The notes beneath the pieces are model-generated. The model saw only the letters and a program-made list of their open reading frames with translations. It was not told the origin of the DNA and did not search any database. Below are positions 30,978 to 41,087 of a stretch of DNA of 64,000 nucleotides, piece by piece. A program made the position numbers and the translations under genes. The number at the start of each line of letters is the position of its first letter. Position 1 is the stretch's first letter. Source of the DNA: a virus (lineage: Duplodnaviria; Caudoviricetes); IMG/VR virus record IMGVR_UViG_2710264778_000001, positions 64,001-128,000 of that record; one strand, 5' to 3'.

Positions 30978-31190
30978 TTAATAATAAAAATTGCAAATAA
31001 AAAAGGTATTAGAATCGTGCCTTTGTCGTTAATTTTCTAAATATAGAAATTGGCAAGAAAGTCTAATGATAATTAATATAATAGACTAAATGTTGTAAGA
31101 TATAGATGATAACAATGCTATAAATGAGAGTTAGTAAGAGTATTAATTAATTTAGAACCGTCCAACCTTTAGGTTGTGACGAGTATTCAG
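30978..31190 (+). ncRNA. Predicted TnpB omegaRNA scaffold, copy 2
   Basis: Lies between the tnpB stop and the right end. Confidence 0.6.
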
Positions 31191-31395
31191 AGATTTAATC
31201 AATTAAAAATTAGATATTTTGAACAGAATATATCTGAAACAGAAGAAATTGAGTTGAATAAGCTACAAAACTGGCTTAAAATACATAATAACTAGTAACA
31301 AAAATAAAATATAACTAAGTAAATTAAAATTAGGAGGAGATTAAAATGATTGAAAAATTAACTAAAACAAATGAAGAAAGGTATGGTATAAAGTA

Positions 31396-31671
31396 ATGAG
31401 TAAAGATAAGGGTAGAGAATTTAATGGAGATAGAAAAGAATTTCACTTATATTTTGGACAAGAAGCCGAATTAGGAAGGCGTTATAATGTTTGGAGTGGT
31501 GAGAGGTATACTAACCCGTACATATATGAAAATGATCAAGAAATGGCTGAGAGACATAAAAGGTTTGAAGAATTAGAACAATTAGATAAAGAAATGAAAA
31601 AGAGGCAACTAGAACATAAATTAAAGAATGAGGGCTTAGATACAGTACTGAATGACATATTTGAAGAGTAA
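31396..31671 (+). CDS. Hypothetical protein
   Basis: 91-aa ORF. Confidence 0.6.
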   Translation: MSKDKGREFNGDRKEFHLYFGQEAELGRRYNVWSGERYTNPYIYENDQEMAERHKRFEELEQLDKEMKKRQLEHKLKNEGLDTVLNDIFEE

Positions 31672-31879
31672 GTAATACATATAGTGCATATTATAGATTT
31701 AAAGGTACATATTAGGCTCGTAGCGACGTTTTAGGACAAGCAAGGTATAAATTATTGTCTTGAAATAGAACATCTATATGGGGCGAATAAGTGGGTTAGA
31801 ATTGAATAGAGATAAAATATAATTAAGTTTAATAAAATAAAACGTAGATTTTAACTAGAAAAGGAGAAATAATATATAA

Positions 31880-32968
31880 ATGAAAATAGGGAATTTAGAA
31901 GTATATGGTATTATATACAAAATAACAAATATAGTCAATGATAAAGTTTATATTGGACAGACTACAAATGAAAAAGGATTTAAAGGTAGATATAATTATG
32001 CCTCATGTGATAGTTTAATTGGAAAAGTTTATTATACATATTTACCAAAAGAAAAATATAAAGAAAAGTCAATATATAATAAACATTTATTATATTCTAT
32101 CAGAAAATATGGATTTGATGCATTTAAAGTAATAGAAATATTTGATATTGCTTTTTCTAAGAAAGAATTAGATATAAAAGAAGACATTTGGATTGATTAT
32201 TTTGATTGCATTAATAATGGTTATAACAATATGGGAGGAGGTTCAAATGGAAAATTATCTAAGAAAAGTAGATTAAAATTAAGTAAAACTTGGAAAGAAA
32301 AATATAAAAATGGATATATACCTCACAACTTAGGCAATAAACATACTGATGATTGGAAAGAAAAGATGAGTAAAGTACATAGTGGTGAAAATAATGCAAT
32401 GTTTGGAATTTCTCCACAAGAAAGAATGGATGAAAATACTTTTAATAAATGGAGAAATAATATATCAAAATCCGTAACTAGAGGTAAAAATCCATTTGCT
32501 TCAAAAGTAGTTTGTTTAGAAACTAAAAAAGTATATGAGTGTGTAAAAGACGCAGAAGAAGAAAATAATATTACTGGAATTTCTGCTGTATGTAGAAAAA
32601 TAAGATATAGTTGTGGTGGAATGCATTGGGCTTATTATGAAGAGTATTTGAATATGACAAAAGAAGACATAGAGCAAATATATATAAAAGAAAAAGAAAG
32701 TAAAATTAGTAAGAACACTAAGTCTTTAATCTGCACAACTACCAACAAATTATTTAAATCAATAAAAGAGGCAAGAGCTTTTTATAATTGTGATAGTCAT
32801 ATATGTGATTGTTGTAATAATAAAAGAAAATATTGTGGTAGGTTAGAGGATGGAACAAAACTTGAGTGGAAGTACATATCAGATTTAACTCCAGAAGAAT
32901 ACATAAAATATGATATAGAAAATAAATTAAATGAATTACATAATCACAAATTAGTACAAGCCAGTTAA
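31880..32968 (+). CDS. Free-standing GIY-YIG homing endonuclease (NUMOD3/NUMOD1-like domains)
   Basis: GIIYKITN...VYIGQT, NGYN, HTDDWKEKMS...GENNAMFG and repeated VCLET...ISAVC units. Confidence 0.88.
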   Translation: MKIGNLEVYGIIYKITNIVNDKVYIGQTTNEKGFKGRYNYASCDSLIGKVYYTYLPKEKYKEKSIYNKHLLYSIRKYGFDAFKVIEIFDIAFSKKELDIKEDIWIDYFDCINNGYNNMGGGSNGKLSKKSRLKLSKTWKEKYKNGYIPHNLGNKHTDDWKEKMSKVHSGENNAMFGISPQERMDENTFNKWRNNISKSVTRGKNPFASKVVCLETKKVYECVKDAEEENNITGISAVCRKIRYSCGGMHWAYYEEYLNMTKEDIEQIYIKEKESKISKNTKSLICTTTNKLFKSIKEARAFYNCDSHICDCCNNKRKYCGRLEDGTKLEWKYISDLTPEEYIKYDIENKLNELHNHKLVQAS

Positions 32969-33019
32969 TATATAAACAAAATATAAAATAAAAAATTTAA
33001 ATAAGAGGAGAGTGACAGA

Positions 33020-36000
33020 ATGTCTAAGCAATTGTATAGTCCAAGATTTATATTAAAAATTCAATCATCTAGATTAAAAGAAAATGATTGGTCATTGGAT
33101 ATAAATTTACAGGAAGCAAGAGACAAAGAAGAATTAATTCAATTGGGAGATAGTCAAATATTAAGGTTTATAAGAGAATTAACTAATATGAATTATTCAG
33201 AAAAAGAAATAGAAGAAGTTAAAGAAAAAATAAATGAACTAAAAAAAGAAAAGTCATGCAAAGCCAATAAAGAAAAAATAAAAGAACTATATAAAGATTT
33301 AGATGAAATGTTATACATAAAAGACTATGTGTCTATAGTATTTGATAAAAAAGGTGATTTCGATAGAGCAACTAATAAAAATGGATTTAAAATAAATAAT
33401 AAAAAATTCAAAAGAATAGTTGGAACTACAGGGGGAGTAAAAAACAACACAGTTAATTTTTGTAGCGAAGAAATATACGAACAATTAAATGAAAAAATGG
33501 ATTGTGGAAGAAATAAAGAAATACCTATAGTTCCTGCAAAGTTAGAAGCATATAGAGCATTAAGTGCCAGTGTTTCAACACCAGTAACACAAACTAGAAG
33601 GATTTTAGTTATAAAAGATGGAGTAACAAATATAAAAGATAAAGTAATTAAAGTTAGTGATAATGGTGATGATTATAAAGTTGAATATGGAATAGATTAT
33701 GAATCTGAAAAAGAATTTTGTGATGGTTGTGGGATGATTAGACCAACATTATCTGAGCAATGGGCAATAGATTTAGGTTTATATCACGAAGATGAACAAG
33801 GATATAAGGTTGCTAATTATATACCAAGTGGATTTAATACAAGATATGCCTTTGAAAAAGGAATGCTTTGTACATATGACTTTGAAATGTTTGGGGAAGA
33901 AATAGCTAAAAATTATATGGTTAAAGATGCATGGGGCAATGAACAGGATATAAGAAAGATAGATATTATATTTACTACAAATATGCTAAAACTTTGGAAT
34001 GCTTATGATAGCATAGAAGATTATCTAGATAATTGTGAAAAATATGGATATTTACTAAGTGTGACAAAAGTAACTCCTAAAAAGTTAGAATTAAAAAGAA
34101 ATATGAATTATCAATACTTACAAAGTTATGAGTTTTCAGATGAAGATATAAAAGAATTATGTTCAGAAACAGTAAATAATATAAATGATGTATTAGGATT
34201 AGACATAGCAAAAACAGTATTGTTTTCAAAAGGAATAGATATAACAAAAGATAATGTATCTAATGGGGGATATGATTTCATAAAAGCATTAACTATAAGT
34301 GATAAGGTATTAGAAGATTCATATGTTAAAAATAAAATATATAATATGATAAAAAAAAGAATACGAGAAGCTAAAAAAGGAGTTATACAAGTAGATGGTT
34401 GTTATTCAATAATCTGTGGAGACTTATATGCTTTATGTCAATATATGTTTGGTTTAGAAGTGACAGGATTATTAAATAAAGGAGAATTCTATAGTAAAAC
34501 ATGGACAGACAAAGGAGTTTATGAAATAGTATCATATAGAAGCCCTATGACATCACATAATAACATAAGTAAAAAGAAGTTGATAAGTAATGAATTAACT
34601 GATAAATGGTTTAAATACATAAAGACAATGACAATATTTAATGCTTGGGATACAACTTGCGATTCAATGAATGGTGCTGATTAACAAAATGGTCGTCTAT
34701 TATGGAAACATAGTGGAGTATTACACCTTAAACTGCTCAAATTCCCTAAAGATTTATACACTACAACGTAGATAGTGATATCAAGCGTGAATGTAGCGAA
34801 AGCAGAAAAAAGTATAAATATATCCTATGCTGAAATAAAAGCCTTATATAAGGTGCTAAGGGTGTTGTAATGGGTAATGTAGCATGGATGTTATCTCAAT
34901 GAGATAATCCTTCAACGACTATAAAGGTGTACCTTAACAGATAATGCTGATGGTAAAGGAATAGTCTACTCCCCTGATAAATATCGGGAAACCGAGGGTA
35001 TAAAGGTTTGATAGTGATGCAGAAATAGAAACTAATAATAAAATAATATTAAAAACAACAAAAAAAGAATTACCAATAATTTGTGAACAGAAATCTACTC
35101 CAAAAGTAAAAGTCACAGAAAATAAATTAAGATTATCAAATAAAAATGGATTTGGAAATGCAGTAGGATCAATAACCAATAGAGTAACTACAATGTTTGA
35201 TGTATTGGCTTCATTAGAAAAAGATTCAAAAGAATATAAAGAATTAAATAGAAGAATAATATGTGGCCAAGCACTACAACAGGAAGAAATTGATAAAATT
35301 AAAGGAATTCAAGCGAAACAAATGCCTAAAACATGGTATGATTACAAAATTAATAAAATACTAGAAGATGATTCAGAAGATATAAAGAGACAAAAAGAAT
35401 TCAATTTAAAATTAGTAGTAAATAAAAAGCCATATTTCTTTATATATAATTATAAAAATATTCAAAGTAAATACAATGTATTTATGAAGAATGTTGAGAA
35501 TAATTGTATAATAAGATTTGGGTTAAGTTTAAATGAGTTAAAAAACAAACCAAATAAGAATGAAGATGAAATAAACTTTCTAAAATCAGTTAAATATAGA
35601 AGTCCAGTTTTTGAAAATCCTAGTGCTATGAATAAAATATGTTGGTATATAGAAGACGTATTTAGAAATATTAAATTAAAAACTAATAAAGATGAAAAGG
35701 GATTTGATAAAAGTATATATATGACAACCTCTAAAAAATATGAAGGTAAAAAAGAAGAAATTAAAGAATTGTTTAATGAATATAAAAGCATACAATCACA
35801 ATATATGGTTGAAAAAGGAAAAACAGTAGATAAAGAAGAAAAGAAAAACAAGAGAGAAGAGTTTGTAAATAACTTTAAACAAAAAGCTATAGAGATATAT
35901 TCTAACAGTGAAGATTTATGTAATGCCATAGTTTATACTTTATATGACATAAAAGCCAATAGACAGTTTGTATGGGATATATGTGGAGAACAAATGATAA

Positions 36001-36110
36001 TTAATTTATTAAGCAATAATGGTAACAAATATAAATATCCTATTAAATGTAAGCATGGAGATATAGAGTGGCAAGGATTAAGGTTTAAAATGGAGGAATG
36101 TGAATGTTAG
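33020..36110 (+). CDS. YonO-like single-subunit RNA polymerase (RdRP-related two-barrel fold); exons 33020-34681 and 35007-36110, ~921 aa
   Basis: DGCG, EKGML and YRSP motifs; the spliced junction restores NGAD|FDSD; exon 2 is in frame with ORF 35193..36110; followed by HU and head genes in SPbeta order. Confidence 0.88.
34682..35006 (+). ncRNA. Group I intron without an ORF (325 nt)
   Basis: 5' exon ends in U with a GAU/GUC P1; P2 has a GAAA loop; P3 ACACCTT (34723)/AAGGTGT (34924); P7 GACTAT (34917)/ATAGTC (34961); terminal G; P10 CAAA/TTTG. Confidence 0.92.
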
Positions 36111-36871
36111 GATTAATAGTAAATGAAAAAATAATATGTGAAAAGGCTTTAGCTGATAAATACATAGAAGGAAAACCGATGAAGATAATTAGATTAATAA
36201 TTAAGAAATATTTAAATGAAAAACTTACAAAAGAACAAGTATTTGAAAAAGTAGATAACTTTATGAAAGAAATATATAAGGATAAATATAATAAATCATA
36301 TTGGAAGAAAGTAATCTCAGATTCAATAAATACAGTATCAAAATATAATAATTATAATCTAATTAATATTGAAAAAATAGATATATATAAAGAGGAATTA
36401 GATATAATTGAATCTTTAAATGATATTAGATTAGAAAAGTTAGCTTTTGTATTACTTATATATGCTAAAATAAATAAAATAATAAATCCAACGAGTGATG
36501 GAAGAATAAATATAAATTTAGCTTATATATTTAAAGAGAGTAAATTGGTTTCTGATAAAAAGTTATTACATAAATTAGTAGATATTCAATACATATTAAC
36601 TAGTAAAATTTGTGACTCAACAACAATGAAAATAAATTATATTAATGAAGAAGGAGAAGTTAGATTGACGGTATTCAATCTAAATGACTTAAATCCAATT
36701 ACATATTATTTAGAATATAAATTAAATGAAACATATAATAATTGTGAGATATGCGCAAGCAGATTTAAACAAAAATCTAAGAAACCACGAAAGTATTGTA
36801 ATAAATGTGCAAAAGAAATAGATAAAGAAAAAGCAAAGGAAAGAATGAAAAATATAAGGAATTTTCAATAA
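36104..36871 (+). CDS. Conserved protein downstream of the RNAP, with a C-terminal Zn ribbon
   Basis: CEIC...YCNKC; overlaps the RNAP stop. Confidence 0.75.
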   Translation: MLGLIVNEKIICEKALADKYIEGKPMKIIRLIIKKYLNEKLTKEQVFEKVDNFMKEIYKDKYNKSYWKKVISDSINTVSKYNNYNLINIEKIDIYKEELDIIESLNDIRLEKLAFVLLIYAKINKIINPTSDGRININLAYIFKESKLVSDKKLLHKLVDIQYILTSKICDSTTMKINYINEEGEVRLTVFNLNDLNPITYYLEYKLNETYNNCEICASRFKQKSKKPRKYCNKCAKEIDKEKAKERMKNIRNFQ

Positions 36872-36949
36872 TGTTCGATTTAATAATATATATGAAACAC
36901 GCATGGTTATCACATTTAAAAGCATTTCTTATTTAAATGTGAACGTGGT

Positions 36950-37500
36950 AATTATGGTAGAGAATAAGTATCTGTTTCTATTTTCTACGAAAGGAGTTGT
37001 ATTGATATTAAAGTACAATCCAGTAGGGTAGATTATGTCTAACATATTTACCCTACATAAAAAATAAAAACAAATTATAACAAACTACTTAAAAATACAG
37101 ATAGTATTACTCAATTATGAGTTTATTATACCAACCACTCTGAGGAGTGGTACAAACTTTTCATTTTTAATTCATTTTTTTCATAAATCCTTTTATTTAT
37201 ATTTTTAACTTTTCTCTCCTTGGTAGGCGTAGCTATTCAGAGCAACACGCCTACTTTAAGGAGAAGAAAATAGAAATGAATTAAAACAAAATATAATTAA
37301 GTTAAAATTACTGTTTTATCAGTACTTTAGATAATAATTGTAAACGTGTATGAGGTGGTTATGTGAGAGTTCCATCCATATTGTATATATTTTTCTATGT
37401 GCTTAAGTATATTGTGAGAGATTACTTAAGCTTTTTTATTTAGATTAATTCGGATAATTCCGTTTTAAAATACAACCGTGGCTAGGTGAAAAGGCTATTT
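36950..37500 (+). ncRNA. Candidate structured leader/ncRNA 1
   Basis: Successive hairpins such as GTAGGGTA..TACCCTAC, ACCACTC-TGAG-GAGTGGT, CTCCTTGGTAGGCGT..ACGCCTACTTTAAGGAG and GCTTAAGTA..TACTTAAGC followed by a T-run. Confidence 0.45.
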
Positions 37501-37513
37501 AGGAGGAATAATA

Positions 37514-38167
37514 ATGAAATGTAAAAAATGTGGATATGAAAGATCAGAACAATATTTTTATAAAGGATTTACTGAGTGCAGAGATTGTATACAAGATTAT
37601 TTAAACAGTCAACCACTTGAAAAAGCTTTTATAACTACAAAAGAATTATTAGAAAAAGCTAATTATATTGTGAATGAACAATTGTTAGTAAACATATTTT
37701 TTGGAGAATTAGAACAATATAGAGGTTTAAAAACTGGAAATATGTTAGGTGAATATCTTAAAAGAGTAAATACAATGCCTCAATTTGAAAAATATAGATA
37801 TAATCAAAAAGTAATCAATGAAGAAAAGTCGGATATTGATTTTCTAGATGACGATATTATGAGAATAAAAAAGAATATGAAACAATCTACTTTTCAAAAT
37901 GACGCAAATGCCCATGGAAAATGGATGAATTCATTGAGAGATGCTTTGGAATTAAAAGAAAAATTACTTTTAAAAGAGAATAAGGTATCAATTAGCAACT
38001 TAAATGATTTAAAAGTTGATTATGGAGTATTTGAAGGGAAAGATATAAATGGTGAAACAGTTGGTATTATACCAATATTTATAAATAGTCATTACATAAG
38101 AAGTGCATATATAAAATATGTTGATGGTAAATATGAAATGACTGAATATATCACAGATAAATTATAA
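37514..38167 (+). CDS. Zn-finger protein, N-terminus related to 45266..46213
   Basis: CKKC...FYK...CRDC. Confidence 0.7.
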   Translation: MKCKKCGYERSEQYFYKGFTECRDCIQDYLNSQPLEKAFITTKELLEKANYIVNEQLLVNIFFGELEQYRGLKTGNMLGEYLKRVNTMPQFEKYRYNQKVINEEKSDIDFLDDDIMRIKKNMKQSTFQNDANAHGKWMNSLRDALELKEKLLLKENKVSISNLNDLKVDYGVFEGKDINGETVGIIPIFINSHYIRSAYIKYVDGKYEMTEYITDKL

Positions 38168-38297
38168 TTAAGTTATTAAAATATCGATTTTAAGCCCTCA
38201 ATGGGGTTTTAAATAAATTTTCAAAAAACCTTTAAATAGGCAAAATTAAAATAAAATATAAAGCAATATTAGAAGAGAGAAAGAGGAGATTAAAATT

Positions 38298-38579
38298 ATG
38301 AACAAAGCAGAATTAGTAAAGGCATTTGCAGAAAAAATAGGAGTTTCAGTAAAAGAAGCAGGAGAAAAATTACAAGTATTGAATGATTTAATTTTTGATG
38401 CATTAAAAGAAGGTAAAGATGTAACTTTACTTGATTTAGGAAAGATTAAAATTGTTGAGACTGCTGAAAGAGAAGGTTTAAAGAAACCGGGACATCCAGA
38501 AGAAGGTAAGAAATTATATCCAGCATCAAAGAAAGCTAAGTATTCAGCAAGTAAATCAGTTAAAGAAGCAGTTAAGTAA
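38298..38579 (+). CDS. hup: HU-family DNA-binding protein (YonN-like)
   Basis: MNKAELVKAFAEK...AEREG..PG...PAS..AKY.ASKSVKEAVK. Confidence 0.92.
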   Translation: MNKAELVKAFAEKIGVSVKEAGEKLQVLNDLIFDALKEGKDVTLLDLGKIKIVETAEREGLKKPGHPEEGKKLYPASKKAKYSASKSVKEAVK

Positions 38580-38687
38580 TTAAATAAAATGAATATAACA
38601 AAGGAGATTTAATTGAGTTTTGCTTATATTAAATCTCTCTTTGCCTATTATTCACTTTACCGAAAGGTATAAAATATAATAGAAAAG

Positions 38688-40154
38688 ATGGGAGATTTGC
38701 TTATGAGCAAAAAGAAGAGAAGTGAAGAACATGATTTTAGAATTACGCCATATCATGTAAATAATTCAGTCACAGGTTCAAGTGTGCTTTGTGAAGTAGA
38801 TGGATTAAAAATATTACTTGATTTAGGAATGTTCCAATCACAAACGCATAAATTAGAAGACATATACAAGATTAATCATAAGAAACTACAAATACCTTTT
38901 GATAAATTAGATTACATAATATTATCTAGTGGGCATGCAGACCATTGTTGTGGGTTAGGTGCTATAGGAAGAAGAGACGTAGAATTCAATGGTAGAGTTA
39001 TGGCTACTGAATTATCAGCAGAATTGATAGGATTAAATGTAAGAGATTCAGCACATCTAATGAGAGGTGAATGTGAGGCTTATAATAAAAGTCATAATGC
39101 TAATTTAATACCTTTATATAATGAAAGTGATGCAGAAAATGCTTTAACTTGTATACAGGGGTATGGACATAATGAAAAAATAAAACTAAATGATAATGTA
39201 TATTTTGAATTTTTACCAAATGGTCATCTTAGTGGAGATGGAAGTATTTATATTACATATCAAAAAGATGAATATACAAAGAAAAGATTATTATATACTG
39301 GAGATCATAACTTTGGTAGAGAAAAACCTTTCACAAAGAAGTGGGTAGAAAAATGTTTAAAAGCGGATTGTATAATTAGCGAATCAACTTACTCTGGAAA
39401 AGGTCATTTGAAACAAGATAATTTTAAAGTATTAGAAGATGCTATTTTAGACGTTTGTATAAATAAAAAGGAAATTTTGTTTATACCTACTTTTGCTATA
39501 CATAGACAAACCGAAGTTGAATATATGTTAAAGAAAATATTTGACAAAAATAAAATATTACGAAATTCAAATATTCCAATATATTCAGCAGGAGTTATGA
39601 GTGCTAAAGCTCATAGAATATTAGGTAATCCAAAATATAAATGTTTTTATGACGAAAAGTGGCAAGAATTAGATGATGTTTTTGATTGGGATAGAGTTGA
39701 ACACGTTGAAAGATTTAAAGATGTATCTGAAAAGTTAATAGATAATAAAGTAAAGATTATCTGTGCAAGTTCAGGTATGCTTACAGGTGGTTATGGAAGT
39801 TATTTAGCAAGTTGTTTTGTTAATAGAAAGAATGTACATTTCTTATTTAGTGGATATCAAGCAATAGGTAGTGTTGGAGATAAAATAATGAGTCAAGAAC
39901 ACAAAACAGTATCAATACAAGGAAAAGCATATATAATAAAAGCTAATTCATTAGGAAAACTTGATTTAAGTGGACATGCTGGAAATGATGAATTAATAGG
40001 TTTGATAAAATCTGTAAATCAAAAAGTATTAAAGAAAGTTATTTTGATTCATGGAGATGATGATAGAAAAGAATTACTAAAAGATCAATTAGAAAAAGTA
40101 TTAAATGATAAAGAAATTATTATCCCTAAAATGGGAGAAGTAATTAAATTTTAA
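38688..40154 (+). CDS. MBL-fold beta-CASP nuclease
   Basis: VTGS, SGHADH, NGHL, YTGD, ESTY, SSGMLTGG, SGHA and LIHGD. Confidence 0.92.
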   Translation: MGDLLMSKKKRSEEHDFRITPYHVNNSVTGSSVLCEVDGLKILLDLGMFQSQTHKLEDIYKINHKKLQIPFDKLDYIILSSGHADHCCGLGAIGRRDVEFNGRVMATELSAELIGLNVRDSAHLMRGECEAYNKSHNANLIPLYNESDAENALTCIQGYGHNEKIKLNDNVYFEFLPNGHLSGDGSIYITYQKDEYTKKRLLYTGDHNFGREKPFTKKWVEKCLKADCIISESTYSGKGHLKQDNFKVLEDAILDVCINKKEILFIPTFAIHRQTEVEYMLKKIFDKNKILRNSNIPIYSAGVMSAKAHRILGNPKYKCFYDEKWQELDDVFDWDRVEHVERFKDVSEKLIDNKVKIICASSGMLTGGYGSYLASCFVNRKNVHFLFSGYQAIGSVGDKIMSQEHKTVSIQGKAYIIKANSLGKLDLSGHAGNDELIGLIKSVNQKVLKKVILIHGDDDRKELLKDQLEKVLNDKEIIIPKMGEVIKF

Positions 40155-40194
40155 AATGAAATAAAATATAATTAAGTTTAAGGAGAGATTTTAA

Positions 40195-40410
40195 ATGGCA
40201 AAGAAAATGATTAATGAAAAGATTATAACTGATCACAAATTTAGTGCAGAAGGCACTCTATCAATAGATAACCTTCCAGAAGGTGTATTTATGATGGAAG
40301 TAGAAGAAATTGGGGAAGTTGATTTAAAGAAATATTTAGATAAGTTTAATTCTGCTTATATTAAGTTGTCAATTTCAGATAAGGTTGAATCTGAACCAGA
40401 AGAGGAATAG
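40195..40410 (+). CDS. YonK-like small acidic protein
   Basis: Size, sequence pattern (GEVDLKKYLDKFN...IKLSIS) and SPbeta-like position. Confidence 0.6.
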   Translation: MAKKMINEKIITDHKFSAEGTLSIDNLPEGVFMMEVEEIGEVDLKKYLDKFNSAYIKLSISDKVESEPEEE

Positions 40411-40421
40411 AAGGTGTAAAT

Positions 40422-40637
40422 ATGAGTAAAGACAAACCTAAATTAGTAGAAGGTACTTTAAGTCTAGATGATATAGTGTACAGTTTACCTGATAATTGTG
40501 ATACAGAAGTAGTCTTAAAGATTCAAAAGAAAGAAAATCATTATGGAATTTCAAGTTTTAGAATCAAAATTGAAGAAAGTAAATTAATTAATAAGGTTAA
40601 AGTATTTGACAAAGATGAAAATGAAGTGAAAATATAA
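40422..40637 (+). CDS. Hypothetical protein
   Basis: 71 aa; RBS. Confidence 0.6.
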   Translation: MSKDKPKLVEGTLSLDDIVYSLPDNCDTEVVLKIQKKENHYGISSFRIKIEESKLINKVKVFDKDENEVKI

Positions 40638-40643
40638 CTAAGT

Positions 40644-41086
40644 AGCAGATACCTTTAGCAAGGATTTGACTTAAAACAACTAATTTGTAAATTTCTATAT
40701 GTTATATAGAGATAGTTTTACTAATATAGTGTTGAGAATGATACATTTGACATTCAAAATACACAAGGAGTTGACATAGGTTATCTTCTTGAAAGTGGAT
40801 GGATATCCCTTAAAACCTACTACCAGAGAGAACCAGTCAAGCCTATGATTTTATATTTAGTTTATATACTGAATATAATTATGCTAAAATAGACTCCAAT
40901 TATTTATAATGACGAAGTACAAGTTATTATAATAGCATACGGGCTAGTGGGTCACCATATGGGTATGTATAAAATGGAATTGCGGTATATATCTTTGGAG
41001 TATACCTAAGAGGGTTAGATGCGTCTAGCTCTCTCTTTTAAATATATAATAAAGCTCATCTCGTTGTGATAACGATGTGGGTTTTT
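40644..41086 (+). ncRNA. Candidate large structured ncRNA 2 (~440 nt)
   Basis: ORF-free and GC-enriched, with nested helices GGAGTT/GACTCC, CATAGGTT/AGCCTATG, TTATAATGAC/GTTATTATAA, GCATAC/GTATGT, GGTATAT/GTATACC and AGAGGGTTAGA/TCTAGCTCTCT, ending in a terminator-like hairpin. Confidence 0.6.
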
Positions 41087-41087
41087 A

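Larger units (their letters stand above)
28965..31190 (+). mobile_element. IS200/IS605-family element, copy 2, 2226 bp
   Basis: Inverted duplicate of 2734-4959; follows TACAT (28960-28964); ends in TTCAG. Confidence 0.96.
28911..31295 (+). pseudogene. 52-aa gene interrupted by IS copy 2
   Basis: AAGGAGG RBS; 28911-28964 joined to 31191-31295 reads in frame as MVIEFGISINELYNNKLH|RFNQLKIRYFEQNISETEEIELNKLQNWLKIHNN. Confidence 0.75.

Noticed and set aside
28965-31190. IStron (group I intron-IS chimera), suggested by sense-orientation insertion after a T and a terminal G
   Set aside because: Only 68 nt precede tnpA and no P3/P7 core is visible, so this is a plain IS605-type element
34934-35179. 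81-aa minus-strand ORF as a possible intron-encoded protein
   Set aside because: It is an antisense shadow over the intron 3' end and exon 2, with no nuclease motif
36900-41086. tRNA genes in the structured intergenic gaps
   Set aside because: No cloverleaf with a T-loop GTTCRA and acceptor stem could be built by eye; tRNAscan-SE would settle this
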